DNA from: Nemertoderma westbladi
Lineage: Eukaryota > Animalia > Xenacoelomorpha
Length of the DNA stretch: 64,000 nucleotides
Assembly (NCBI GenBank): GCA_032718475.1
Contig: JAUCBJ010001574.1
Coordinates: 2,235 to 66,234, forward strand
Direction: 5' to 3'
Positions 12,403 through 25,159 of the stretch are shown in pieces. Positions within the stretch are counted from its first letter, which is position 1. The number at the start of each line of letters is the position of its first letter. Made by a program: the position numbers and the translations under genes. The notes beneath the pieces were generated by a model that was given only the letters and a program-made list of their open reading frames with translations, was not told the origin of the DNA and ran no database searches.

Positions 12403-13825
12403 TACTACTAGGATCGGCATGCTGCATTGCAGCTGCATTTTTAAGAATGCTGTACCGGCTTATCGACAAATTGCACCGCCACAACTCCCTATCACCCATG
12501 ACATTTGCTAGATCATCCGCATCGTCAAGGCCAGTGCCCTTTAAGATGCGTTTCAAGAAAGTCATTCAGGGCTGTCCACCATGCTTATTCACTCCATGAG
12601 GCTGCCAAAGTACAAGATTATGCACTGGCTGGTCCTCACGGCGAAAGCAATGTCCTGCAAAGCGGAGGCGATTTTGTTCTAGTGTCAAGCTTGGGGGAAC
12701 CAATGAGACACCTCCAATGTTATATAGTGTCTGGTTGGAGATGTGTGCATTGTACTTGACACAATGAACCCGGCGTAGCATTCTTGTGAATGTGCCATCC
12801 AGAGATTTGGTGTCCTCAGCAGTTAGAGCCCAGCATGGACTCCCATAGAGGAGTACTGGAACTACTGCTGCTCAAAATAATCAGACCTTAAGTTTCCGAT
12901 TAATTCTCGGTGACTTCCAAATCTTGGAAAGCCTATACAAGGCTGCCCATGCCTTTCCCTTACGTATTCGAAGGTCCTCACCTGACTTCCGGATCCATGA
13001 TCCCAGGTAACAGAAGTCATCCACATGCTCAAGCATACCATCTTTTGAGCTTATGCTCATCCGATCAGAGACTTGCTGAGGACTTTCAAAGTTAACTGTC
13101 AAAATTTTGGTCTTTCTGGAGTTAATAAAAATACCAACACTAGAAGCAGCATGTTCTAATGAGCTGAAGAGCCGTTGGGCTCCCTCTAGTGATTCTGAGA
13201 GTACTCCTAAGTCATCAGCAAAGTATAGATCAGTTAGGTACTTGGCAGGATTTCCTCGACTTCTGGATCCAGTAGGTGGAGTTATCATCACCCCATCATT
13301 ATTATGATGATCTAAGGACATGCGTGGAACATAGTCAACAACTATCACAACAATATAACAACATAGTCAAAATGAGCTTTAAACACTCAGGTATTTTAAA
13401 GACCTCAGGGTGAACACCATCTACTCGACTGGCACGATTGGTCTTAATGCTCTTTGCAGCAGCCTTCACTTCTGCAAAGGAGATATCAACAATGGGAATA
13501 TCTGGGAGTACAGACTCAGACACTTTTACTTCTATAAAGTTATCAGGCAATACCCTGTCATTATTGAGGAGCTTTTCAAAGTGGGCCTTCCAACCATTGA
13601 GGCGATCGGCTGGTGATTCAGCCTTAACCTTTTTCTTAACCTTAAGGCTTTTTCGACCAGCAAGAAAGTTGATCGATCTCCATACCTGGGATGATTGCCT
13701 GCTGTCGTCAGCATCATTGATGGCATCAACCTGTTGGTTTATTAGCTCCTGTAAATTAACAGAGTACTGCCTGTTCAGGGACCTAAATGCAGCCTTAACT
13801 GCATTCTTGGCCGCTGTAGGTGATC
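12403..13825 (-). mobile_element. RTE-clade LINE, 5' truncated and internally deleted, inserted in the CR1/L2 remnant
   Basis: DLYFADD, FCYLGS and RLRFAGH motifs; short (TAG)n tail; homologous to copy 36495-50060 but missing most of the RT core near 13350. Confidence 0.85.
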
Positions 13826-13985
13826 CACTATAGCGGGAAAATTTAGTTTAAGGCTCCTACAGTTCACATGAAAAATGGAAAAGTTACGGATATTTTTAGA
13901 TGGAAATGCTTTGTTAAATTTAGATTCATTGTAGTATTGACAATTTAGGTTGTTATTAGTCAGATTTGGATCAGGATCAATGCTG
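13826..13985 (-). mobile_element. N-terminal part of the same CR1/L2-group APE endonuclease
   Basis: IDPDPNL...FSIFHVNCRSLKLNF continues as TLNHQFD..FTETFL on the other side of the RTE. Confidence 0.7.
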
Positions 13986-13987
13986 AC

Positions 13988-14090
13988 TGTGGGGCGAGCC
14001 ACGAAGTTGGCGGAGCCTTAGCGAATTGACACTGTTAGGGGGTGGGTCAATTTATGCAAATAGTTGTCGTCGTCGTCGTCGTCGTTGTCG

Positions 14091-14122
<32 letters not shown>

Positions 14123-14508
14123 GTCGTCGTTACGATTTTGACATGCTAATAACTTTGTCGGATTTAAAGCTGCCAAGTTGAAAATTTGTAGGTATCAATA
14201 TGAGCAAAAGTTGAGATTTTTGAGAGACTTTCAGACACCATCAGTGCAATGGTCTCCCGCTAGAGGGCCACATGTCTAAACATTAAATGCCCTCCCATTT
14301 CTTTGCTTTTAATCCGTTTAAGCTGAAACTTGGCAGATATGTATTAGACCATTAGCTGTGACTTTCAAAGGAGGCGAATCCATCTGCAGTTCTCCAGTCT
14401 GCCGCTAGAGGGCCAACGTGACTATTTGCATAAATTGACCTACCCCCTAACCGTGTCAATTCGCAAAGGCTCTGCCAACTTCGTGCTGCGCGAAGTCCCC
14501 ACTTCGTG
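13988..14508 (+). mobile_element. Complete HINE/MITE-like non-autonomous element: ~70-bp subterminal inverted repeats, (GTC)n, core repeat, terminal hairpin
   Basis: CACGAAGTTGGCGGAGCCTTAGCGAATTGACAC...TGCAAATAGT is mirrored at ~14421-14485; perfect hairpin CGAAGT-CCCC-ACTTCG at 14491-14506. Confidence 0.8.
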
Positions 14509-14857
14509 TATATATATATATTGTAATTTCACTTTATTGATAACAATCTATTAAATATTTCATAATGAATCATCAAATTAATGTATTGAAAGAGAAGTCC
14601 TCCGATATAATTATAAAGAAAGAATCTACAGACAATGTTCCATATTCTCTTGAAGTGAAGCAACAGAACAGATCGTTTACAGATCGTCTCCCATCGAAGA
14701 TCACAACAATTTGTTCGGTGGATTAGAGGTTGTCCCTGTACTAGATGACGAAGATATTTCTTATGAACCATCTCGATATTCTTTTGTTGTCGAAAAGCGG
14801 GAAAACCACAGTCCAGACTGTTCGTTTGGTAGGTATTTTGAAGTTGCAGATACAGAT

Positions 14858-14999
14858 ACGTTCGTGGGGCCTTCGCGCAGCACGAGGCCCAGTTATGAGA
14901 TACAAATTAAAACTGAGCGACTGTATCACAAAATCAGTATTTGAGAAATTTACCCACACCACCAATCAATTAAAGAAAGAGGTACAGTACGTGTTCAGC
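14858..14999 (+). repeat. Dispersed ~140-bp repeat; second copy at 17682-17823 ends at the insertion point of copy B
   Basis: Both copies read ACGTTCGTGGGGCCTTCGCGCAGCACGAGG...GTACGTGTTCAGC. Confidence 0.85.
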
Positions 15000-15129
15000 C
15001 CTTTTAATCTGCACCCCCCCCCCCCCCCCCCCCCACCCCCACCCTTCCCACCCACCAATACATAACCGCGACATCTACCGCCCACAGAAGGGTACCACGA
15101 ACTTATTTCCAATCGCACGTTCAATATGC

Positions 15130-15560
15130 AAAGCCAGGTGGTTTATAGGAATATAATAAACGCAGTACTCGTTTTCATTATAAGCGTCGTTGCGTTCGTC
15201 CTGTTTTGTATTTAAATATATTTCTTAAACGCAGGCTAGGACGATCTTTATAATAATAATAACTAGGGATGCGATCAATGTGTGAAGCCAGGTGGTTTAT
15301 ATAATATTATAGTCAACGCAGTACTCGTCTTCTTTATAAGCCTCGTTGTGCTCGTCCTGTTTTGTATTTAAATATATTTCCTAAACGCAGACTGGCGATC
15401 TTTATAACTACCAATGCGTTCAATAGGCGCAGCCAGGTATGGTTTATAGGAATATAGTCTACGCAGTACTCGTCTTCATTATATGCCTCGTTGCGCTCGT
15501 CGCTCGTCCTGTTTTGTCATAAAATATTTTTCCTAAACGCAGACTGACGACCTTTATACA
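15130..15560. repeat. Diverged ~150-bp tandem repeat, about 3 units
   Basis: AGCCAGGT..GGTTTATA...ACGCAGTACTCGT...TCCTGTTTTGT...TAAACGCAG occurs three times. Confidence 0.8.
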
Positions 15561-16044
15561 GTTATAACTATGCGAAGTTTCGAAACTGTGCGAGTAACTG
15601 CTGATACATCTATTGTGGAGATGTGTGATACAACGCCAATGCATCGTATGCCGATGTAGTAATATGGGTATTGAAATAATATTAAATCAATGTACACTCT
15701 TAAAGCTGCAGCGAAAAATTGTAGCTAATTTCCTTGGTTACATATAAAATAATAAAATTATTTTTAAGAACATTAATTTTACTACTTTACAAAAATTCAA
15801 TTAAAAAATAACCAGACAAATATGGGGTTGTGGGTTTTTCGCACGAGGAGGTACAAGAGCTGTTGAGCGTGGTCTCTGCGAGTTAATGAATATTAATAAT
15901 AATGACCTTACTTTAATTTACTCTAAATCTGAATCTTAATGTTTTCTTTTGTGCTAATTGATTTACCCTACCTTAAACTGTGTGTACTGTAGTTATTCCA
16001 GTTCGTGTCTGTACTGATGTTTATATTATAATAATATCATGTAC

Positions 16045-16079
<35 letters not shown>

Positions 16080-16702
16080 TGTGGAATAAACTATTTCAGA
16101 TATAAGCCTACACAACAGCCATGCCATGGATAGTATTTATGTTATTATATCTGTCATTTACCTGAGATAGCAATACAACATTTATAGTAGAGTCAATAGG
16201 AATTGGAATACAGGAAGGGATGGTGGGATGTGGGATTTAAAGAATGCTGTCTGGGATGGAATAGCAATACTGGTTGCCTATTATAATTCCTCTCTGGTTA
16301 GTCTACAGCCACAACTCCCAGCCAGCTAGTTCCACACCAGCAGAGACTTGACCAATAATTGGCAGGATTAAATTTGTACTCAATAATTGTGCCGTTTAAT
16401 TACGTTTAGATCAATTAAAGACACATTTATTAAAGCAAATCACTTGAACTAATTAAAGACTATAATAGAATGGGGTATGTGGATTACATCTGTATAATTT
16501 TTAAGTATAATTATTAAAATCTTATACTGTAAAATAATTAATTTCCTTTAAAAGGCAGGTTGAAAATGGTGTTTTTACCGTAATCAAATTAATTAACTAA
16601 TTAACTGCTATTATCTTAGCTTCTCGAAGGCCACACGGAAATTCAACTTGGAAAATATCTAAACTTTTAGTTTAGGGGGGGTGGTGGTTAAGTTTGATGT
16701 AA

Positions 16703-17665
16703 ATTTGATCTGGTGTATGTAGTGTATCCCTGTTTGATCTGGTGTATGTAGTGTATCCCTGGTGTATGTAGTGTATCCCTGGTGTATGTAGTGTATCCCT
16801 GTTTGATCTGGTGTATGTAGTGTATCCCTGGTGTATGTAGTGTATCCCTAGTGTATGTGGTGTATCCCTGGTGTATGTAGTGTATCCCTGTTGTATGTAG
16901 TGTATCTCTGGTGTATGTAGTGTATCCCTGGGGTATGTAGTGTATCCCTGGTGTATGTAGTTTATCCCTGGTGTATGTAGTGTATCCCTGGTGTATGTAG
17001 TGTATCCCTATTTGATCTGGTGTATGTAGTGTATCCTTGTTTGATCTGGTGTATGTAGTGTATCCCTGGTGTATGTAGTGTATCCCTGGTGTATGTAGTG
17101 TATCCCTGGGATATGTAGTGTATCCCTGGTGTATGTAGTTTATCCCTGGTCTATGTAGTGCGTATCCCTGGTGTATGTAGTGTATCTCTGGTGTATGTAG
17201 TGTATCCCTGTTTGATCTGGTGTATGTAGTGTATCCTTGTTTGATCTGGTGTATGTAATTTATCCCTGGTGTATGTAGAGTATCCCTTGTGTATGTAGTG
17301 TATCCCTGTTTGTTTGATCTGGTGTATGTAGTGTATCCCTGTTTGATCTGGTGTATGTAGTGTATCCCTGTTTGATCTGTTGTATGTAGTGTATCCCTGT
17401 TTGATCTGGTGTATGTAATGTATCCCTGGTGTATGTAGTGTATCCCTGTTTTATCAGGTGTATGTAGTGTATCCCTGTTTGATCTGGTGTATGTAGTGTA
17501 TCCCTGTTTGATCTGGTGTATGCAGTGTATCCCTGGTGTATGTAGTGTATCCCTGTTTGATCTGGTGCATAGTAGTGTATCCCTAGTGCATGTAGTGTAT
17601 CCCTGGTGTATGTAGTGTATCCCTGGTGTATGTAGTGTATCCCTGTTTGTTTGATCTGGTGTATG
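16703..17665. repeat. Minisatellite with 20-bp unit CTGGTGTATGTAGTGTATCC and a 29-bp variant (+CTGTTTGAT)
   Basis: Read directly. Confidence 0.95.
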
Positions 17666-17823
17666 ATGCTGCAAGAAGGACACGTTCGTGGGGCCTTCGC
17701 GCAGCACGAGGCCCAGTTATGAGATACAAATTAAAATTGAGCGACTGTAACACAAAATCAGTATTTGAGAAATTTAACCACACCGCCAATCAATCAAAGA
17801 AAGGGGGACAGTACGTGTTCAGC

Positions 17824-18923
17824 TGTAAAAGCTTTTGCGGATATAACAAGTCATTTTTCTCCACAATATACCGTGTAGGTGTTTTAGCGGACATAACAAG
17901 CCATTTTCTGCCGCAATGCGCCTAATACTCTAAAAGACTGGAACTCAGATGACGAAATCTATCAGCTGATTTACTGTAAACGTGGAACATCTCTTTGTTC
18001 AGCTCGCTCAGCCAATCAGAGCGATTTTCATTTTATCTTGTACAGAGGCCTATGGAAAACCGCGCAATGCATTACGGTTTTTGTTTACTTTCTGAGCCTC
18101 AGAACATCGGCTTGGAAATTATTTCTGTGCTTCTGTGGAAGTTTCAGACTTTGGCCAACATTAGACGGCTTTGATTATAAGAACGTAAATCTATTATCTT
18201 ATCATATTGTCACATTGTCATACCGAACTGCATTATTTTACTTCTGTTTACTGTCTGTTATTAATTGTTGTTATATGTTGATGGATATGTTGTTATATTT
18301 GGAGAATACCGATAAATAATCATAAAACCCCAATCTTCTTTTCTTAATTACTGAAAGTAAGAGGGACCGGTTACCTGTAGCAATTGCGACTAACATTATA
18401 GTGGTTTTTGTGTGAATTAAATGCTATTTCATAATCCCTACATGTGTCAGTTGCTATCCTCCTTATATATGATCAAATTCAGTGACGGTCGGCAGATCAG
18501 TGTGAAGCAGTGTGAAGTCGTGTGCAGTAGTGTGACAGATAATAAAGCATCTCCTAAAGAATGCGCTATTTACGGAAATCAGTAGCCATCTAGTTGTGTT
18601 TAGTATAAGTCATAACTCTGTTTTTATACTTAAAGCGCCACAGTCCTAAAGGAACTGTTAATATTTCCCCGAAAGTGAATAATATTGTCAGAGATTATAT
18701 AGTAACGATCAATCGAATAATACAGTAGGTCTGCAACGCAATAAATTTCAAAGCACCCGAATCCAGTCTCCCTTAACTGTGGGTGAATGATCGCGCATAG
18801 ACTGGCTTCGGCTAATGTTACTTCATGTGCACTAAATAATTGTTATAGGCTAAAGTCGATTTATAAACAAGAGGACACCTAAAATTGGCAGGTTAAACTG
18901 CTAAAGGTCTGAAAGCGCGAACA
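17824..18923 (+). repeat. 5' LTR of copy B (1100 bp)
   Basis: TGTAAAAGC...GCGCGAACA; boundaries defined by the TSD-flanked copy E. Confidence 0.92.
17830..18025 (+). promoter_or_regulatory. Putative U3 enhancer/promoter: short tandem units, E-box CAGCTG and CCAAT box
   Basis: CCAATCAGAGCG and CAGCTG-like motifs are conserved at equivalent positions across LTR copies, while the GCGGACATAAC-type units vary in number. Confidence 0.5.
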
Positions 18924-18934
18924 ATAATAGATTT
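18924..18934 (+). promoter_or_regulatory. Putative self-priming PBS of copy B (ATAATAGATTT), complementary to 18187-18197
   Basis: Exact 11-nt reverse complement of AAATCTATTAT in the same LTR; no TGG-type tRNA PBS. Confidence 0.75.
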
Positions 18935-20832
18935 TTAGTTTCTTTATTGCACCGTAGGCAATAAAGTCGAAGGTACCGGTCGAACGGTAAGCTGTAGGCC
19001 TAACTGCCCAACTACCCGAACCGGTACTTACAGGTACAACAGTATTATTCGATTTTGATAATTATATACCGGTAGGTCTTGATATTTAATCAGGGACGGC
19101 CGCCCTGGTTTTTTATTGGGATTTTACTTATTTCTGTCAGTTTTATTTATCTGTAAGTGTAATATTGAGCAGAAGGTGTGTAAGCCCGCTCAAATTGTAC
19201 AGATAATTTGTAGGCTGGATTGTTGTCTGACTGTTGTTAAGTCTGAAGAGATTGCAGTGTGTGTAGAGTGTATGTCCGATAAAGTACTAGTTAGGAAGGT
19301 GGGGGCATCCAGTGCTGTAAGGTAAATCCCCCCCGAAAGAATAAGTCGTACTACTCGGTTGGAACGCCTACTAACTAACCATTTCGGAGTCTGCATATAC
19401 TGTAGTTTATTTAGGCTTGACAGTAGTCTGCCAGCGTTTGGTCTGTATTTTGTTTGTGTAGTCTGCACGGGTAGCGTAATATTTATTACTCAGAGTATAT
19501 GCGAGTATTCGCAACCTTCATAACTCCCCAAGTTTATTCCTACAGTAATTGTGCTTGTTATACATACCGTTATAGTTAAACTAACCCCGGTACTACATCA
19601 GGGCTGCTTGGCGTAGGTATATGACTGGTGATTTTATGCTCTAGTCACTCCAGCAGATACCGATGGTTCTTTTAGCTGTACAAGTATATTTAACTGCTGG
19701 TTATTTGTTGTATAAGTATTTGTTCCTAATTTAGGGTTTAGTGTACAGTACTTTCCAAAGGTAATTAGTGTGTAGGCAGTATATTTGTGTTGTAAAGTGG
19801 TTAATAGGCACGTTAGCTCTGGTTGGCTGCGGTAATTAACTTCTAGGTAAGGACACTCCGGGTACATAACGTAGTACTTATAGAGCTGTAGAGCTAAAGA
19901 CTATAAGTCGTCAGACGGTGGTATTTTCTTATCTGGACAACGCAATATATTTACTACTGCTTAATTATTTTCAAATACCGTAGTTTCCTGTCCGTTTGTA
20001 AGAACCAGAAATTCTAACTCCTTGTTAGGCTGGTTTGTAGATTTCCTGTAAAATTACCCTAAAATTTGTATGTGTAACTTTTGTGTTTATTTAGAGATTG
20101 TAATCTCACGTAGTAATTGTATCTAAATTGTAGTGATAAGTAACTTAGTAAAGTAGAAGAATTTTTATTAGTGTCCAACAAGTAGCACTTCACTGAGAGC
20201 GTTCAGCTTCTGTGCAGTGACTCCTTACCGAGAAATAATAACATTTATTTCAAACATTGACAAAACCCATTATACGGGTATATATACATTATAAATCAAC
20301 TCAAACCAATTTATAAAATAGTAGGCCTGTTATACATCAATTAGGTCTTAATATCAGTTGAGCTACTGCTTGATAACAGTAATAAAGTAAAGGAAAATAA
20401 CCCTAAAATTCAGAAATTCAGTTATTCTAAAATAATTGACATTACCGGTATTTATAGTAGGCTTATTATATTTATTTCTATAAATTTGGCTGAGATTATA
20501 TACCGGTATTCTGTAATTAATCCTAGTTTGTAATAATACTTATATATACTATAAGTGTATGCTGTATACCGGTATTTACGATAGGCTTATTGTATTTATT
20601 TCTATAAATTTATGCTGAAATTATATACCGGTATTCTGTAACTAAACCTAGTCTATAATATACTTATATATATACTATAAGTGTATACCGGTATTCTAAT
20701 ATATTATATATATATCACGTTACACTGAGTAACGGTATCGGTAATTGATCACTAGGCTTACAGTTGATACTGAATTACTAGATTTGCTTTAACTGTCGTT
20801 ATAGTAGTAGGCATTCAACTGTACAATCAAAC

Positions 20833-23703
20833 ATGGCTGACACAAAGCAAACTCTGTCAGATGGTCTCCTAGAAAGAACAGTCTGTGACTCAGACAGGAG
20901 TGCAGAACATCTGAGACCGAAGTCCAAGTCCCCTTCTACTGTAAGAAAGGTCATCCCTTCAGTAGTAGTATCAGACCCTAGGCTAGTCAAGCACCATAGG
21001 TCTATTATAGGCACTCGGGCTCAAGTCAAGCGGGACCAAGAGGCAGCTGTTAAACAGCAGCAACACCCGAACCGGGAACTTATTTCACAGCGGCCCGATA
21101 GCTCCAGTAGTTCAGACACTGTAGAGTTGACACCCGAGATCGGAGCAAGGATGGCAGAAGCGGTTTATTCGGATCCACTTCTCATTCTTCCTGCAGCCGT
21201 ACTCACTAACTAGGGTATTGATTGCGGTGGAGGAACATCAAATCGATTGGGCGAGAAGTAAGCGATCGACCAAGGACAGTTATGCGGGATACACAATGGA
21301 GGAACTGAAGTCTATTGTCGAGACGCAATGGTGCTTCCCCGGACCCGGACTCCCGTTTAACTTATCGGAAGCTGCCTGGGAAGACTTATACAGGATGGGA
21401 GTGGTAAAGGACACTAGAGATCCAGCTGTGTGGAAGAGGTCGGCAGCAGGATATGTACAGGGATTCTTCAGCTCTTTGGAGCGATTAGAGGAACAACTGT
21501 TTCAACAACCCCAAGGACCTCAAGAGCAGGGAGAGCTGCTTTATCAAGTTCGAGAACGAATCTTATGGATCAGACTAATCCTTTCCGCCTTTGAGGAAGC
21601 CTCGAAAAGAAGCCAAGACACGTCGTTGCAAGTTGCCGTAAAGACTTGGTTCCAACGGGTGATTCTTAAAGTCCAAGGAACGACACAATGGAAAATTCAG
21701 CTAACTGAGCGCGCGACCAACGGAGAATCAACAGACGCTACCTTTTCTCAAGTGGAAAGCGACGTTACATCAGAGAAACCTCAGAAGAAGGACGCTATTG
21801 ACATCTATCTGTCGGACTATCAACGATTTATACGTGACAAAGAGTTAAGGAGACGGCTAGCTGGACTTCACCCTAATAGTGAGGGAGCCAAATTTGTGTT
21901 AGACTCATTAGATGAGGAAATGTTAGCAGCGGAGCAGGCTAAATTTGATGAAAGCATCCTCATCGCTAGAGAACAGGAAGAACAATTAAAGAAAAAACGT
22001 ATAGAAGACCGAAAGGCAGCAGCAGCGGCAGCAGCAGAAGTTGAAAGAAAAGTGGCAGCGGCAGCGGCAGCGGCAGAAGCGGAAAGAAAAGAGGCAGAAG
22101 CGGAAAGAAAAGCTGCAGCGGCAGCGGCAGCGGCAGCGGCAGAAGCGGAAAGAAAAGAGGCAGAAGCGGAAAGAAAAGCTGCAGCGGCAGTGGCAGAGGC
22201 AGAAAGAAAAGCGGCAGCAGCAGAAGCGGAAAGAAAGGTGGCAGAGGCAGTGGCAGCAGCAGAACGGAGGGCATCTGAAGAAACAGCCCAACTAGAGTTG
22301 GAAAATCTTCAAGAGAAGCAAGACTACTTAAATAAACGGAGAACAGCTAGTCAAATGCAGATGATAAGTCGATATACTCCCAAGAGACAGGGATTTACAT
22401 CATCTGATGAAGGCGATACAACAGATCCTGAAGGCGGAGGAAATAGATCTCGTTCCTGCAAACGTAGAAGAACGCCCCACCGTCAGAGATTGCCTAATTT
22501 GCCCCCAGCTGTGAGAAGGCAACTAGCTAGTGCAGACTTAGGTAGTACAGAACAAACAGACCAAATTATTAGAGTAGAAAGACTCCCTACTATAGTAGAT
22601 GAGCCTGAAATAATTAGGCCTGTTCTCGAAGCCACCCCCTCTATGATAGAGACCCCTGTACTTCCAGAACCTAACTCTAAATTCCCTTTGCACAGTACTA
22701 AACTACCTGTGCCCAGTAGGACAGTTCCTGAGTCAATTCCGGTCCTGGACGCCAAGCGAGACATTAACGATTTATCGCCCGTCGTCCCTCGTCTACCCGC
22801 TACTATGTTGGCGGCTCCCGCTTCGGCGGTAGAGTGGGTGGATGAGCGACGGCGGGGGATGGATCTCCTGCTCGGGCAGATGGAGGAACATCGGGAACAT
22901 TCCTCCCAACAGGTCCGGGAGTTGGAAGGGTCTGTTCAACAGTTAAAGGGAACAGTAAGATAAGGTAGGTTAGAGTTGCAAGAAGTGCAGCAGAGTATCG
23001 CGTTAGAACGTGATAAGTTAGTAAATATACAAAAGGGTATACCACCACCCCCTGTAACAATGTGTCAACCTGTTAGGTCTGAAGTATTTCATGCGCAAGG
23101 TGTGGAGCCTACACGCATCTTTACTGCTAGTGAAGTAGAAACTCCTATAGTGAACCCTATTAAGGGTAATTATAAACCTGTTGATAATGATATTCCATAT
23201 AGACCTGATCCTAATCTGAGAAATTTATATACCGATAACTCGATATTAAATAATACGATGGCCCAAGAAAGCTTTACGCATCAAATGGCTAGAACCGAAG
23301 CCCGTCAAGCGGTAAAATTGGGAGAGATCGTCAAGTTCAATGGAGATGAGATGAAATGGTTACCTTTTAATGAATATTATAAAGATAACATACAGAACTC
23401 TGTACTATCTAATGGAGAGAAACTTAGATTCCTCATCAAGTGCTTAGAAGGACCTCCCAAGTTAATGGCGTTAAAGTTTATTGGACATCCAGATGGATTG
23501 AGACAAGTTTGGGATACACTAAACATCAGGTATGGTAATAGGACAAACATAGCTAGGTATTTGTATGCGAAATTAGTAGCGCCTCGAAAGTTCCTTAGCA
23601 GCGGGATTATAGAGTTTTCCGATGAGATTCAGGAGATCTGTAGACAACTATATTGGTTAGGTAAGTCTCATGAATATCAGAGTTCTATGGTTATTGGAGC
23701 CGT
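20833..23703 (+). pseudogene. gag: Bel/Pao gag (long N-terminal extension plus start of the DUF1759-like region), two in-frame stops, truncated
   Basis: ORFs 20833, 21218 and 22976 match copy F; KFNGDEMKWLPF...EKLRFLIKCLEG...LNIRYGN motif. Confidence 0.88.
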
Positions 23704-25159
23704 GACCTTCCAAGCATTCGATGAGGAATCTAAGTTTCTCTCCATTAGATAGCACAGAGTTCTGTATATTGTTATGGGTGATCTCTTCAGATGCTTTCCG
23801 TTCTGCTTCTGCCGCTGCCACTGCCGCTTTTCTTTCCGCTTCTATCTCTGCCGCCTTTCTTTCGGCTTCTACCTCTGCCGCCTTTCTTTCTGTTTCTATC
23901 TCTGCCGCCTTTCTTTCGGCTTCTACCTCTGCCGCCTTTCTTTCTGCTTCTGCCGCTGCCACTGCTGCTGCCACTGCCGCTGTCTTTCTGTCTTCTATAC
24001 GTTTTTTCTTTACTTGTTCTTCTTGGACTCTAGCGATACGGAGGCATTCATCAAATTTAGCTTGGTTCGCAGCTCTCATATCCGCATCGATTGCGTCCAA
24101 CACAAGCTTGGCTCCTTCACTATTAGGGCTAAGTCCCTCCAGCCTTCTCCTCAACTCTTCATCACCTACAAAGCGTTGATAGTCTGACAGATAGATGTCA
24201 ATAGCATCCCTCTTATGCGGTTTCTCTGCTGTCGCTTCACTTTCCACTTGAGAGAAGGTAGCGTCTGTTGATTCTCCAAGGGTTGAGCGCTCATCCAATT
24301 GAGATTTCCACGGGGCAGTTCTTTGAACTTGGAGACTCACCCGCTGTAACCAAGTCTTTACGGCAACTTGCAACGACGTGTCTTGTCTTCTTTTCAAAGC
24401 CTCCTCAAAGGCAGATAAGATTAGTCTGATTCTTAGAATTCTTTCTCTAACTTGATAAAGCAGCTCTCCCTGCTCTTGAGGTCCTTGTGGTTGTCTAAAC
24501 AATTGTTCTTCTAATCGCTCCATGGAGCTGAAGAATCCCTGTACATATCCGGCTGCGGACCTCTTCCACACAGCTGGATCGATGGTTTCCTTGGTTACTC
24601 CCATCCTGTGTATGTCTTCCCAGGCAGCTTCCGATAAGTCAAACGGGAGTCCGGGTCCGGGGAAGTTCCATTGCGACTCGACAATAGACTTCAGTTCTTC
24701 CCTTGTGTATCCCGCATAACTATCCTTAGTCGATTGCTTACTTCTCGCCTAATCAATCTGGTGTTCCTCCACCGCAATCAATAACCTAGTGAGTATGGCT
24801 GCAGGAAGGATGAGAAGGGGATCTGAATAAACCGCATCTGTCATCTTTGCTCCGTGCTCGGGTGTCAGCTCTACAGTATCCGCACTACTGGACCTGTCGG
24901 GCCGCTGAGAAATAAGTTCGCGGCTCGCGGGTTGTTGCTGTTCCGCTGCTTCTTGGTCCCACTTGACCTGAGCTCGAGTGCCTATGATAGACCTACGGTG
25001 TTGGACTAGCCTAGGGTCTGATACTACTACTGGAGGGATGATCTTTCTTACAGTAGGAGGTGAGTTGAACTTTGGTCTCACACGTTCCACACTCCTGTGT
25101 GGGTCACAGATGGTCATATCTAGGAGACTGTCTGACAGGTTTTGCTTTGTGTCAGACAT
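23704..25159 (-). pseudogene. gag: gag of copy C with a stop and an in-frame ~1.1-kb deletion (EEIT|HNNIQNSV)
   Basis: Comparison with the copy B and F translations. Confidence 0.85.

Larger units (their letters stand above)
17824..23703 (+). mobile_element. Bel/Pao copy B: 5' LTR, ~1.9-kb leader, gag truncated at the junction with copy C
   Basis: Colinear with copy F up to GGTTATTGGAGCCGT. Confidence 0.92.

Noticed and set aside
16688-17707. 339-aa repetitive ORF
   Set aside because: Translation of the 20/29-bp minisatellite
18142-18152. Extra complementarity between TTTCAGACTTT in the LTR and the U5 end (AAAGGTCTGAAA)
   Set aside because: Imperfect, not conserved across copies, and upstream of the predicted transcript start
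18924-18950. Canonical tRNA PBS
   Set aside because: No TGG within the first ~25 nt after any of the five 5' LTRs, and the sequence differs among copies
21966-22295. Antisense Pro/Leu- or Cys-rich ORFs over the AEAERK tracts (also near 23774, 40901, 55633) and ORF 59480-60136(-)
   Set aside because: Shadow frames of repetitive or coding retrotransposon sequence
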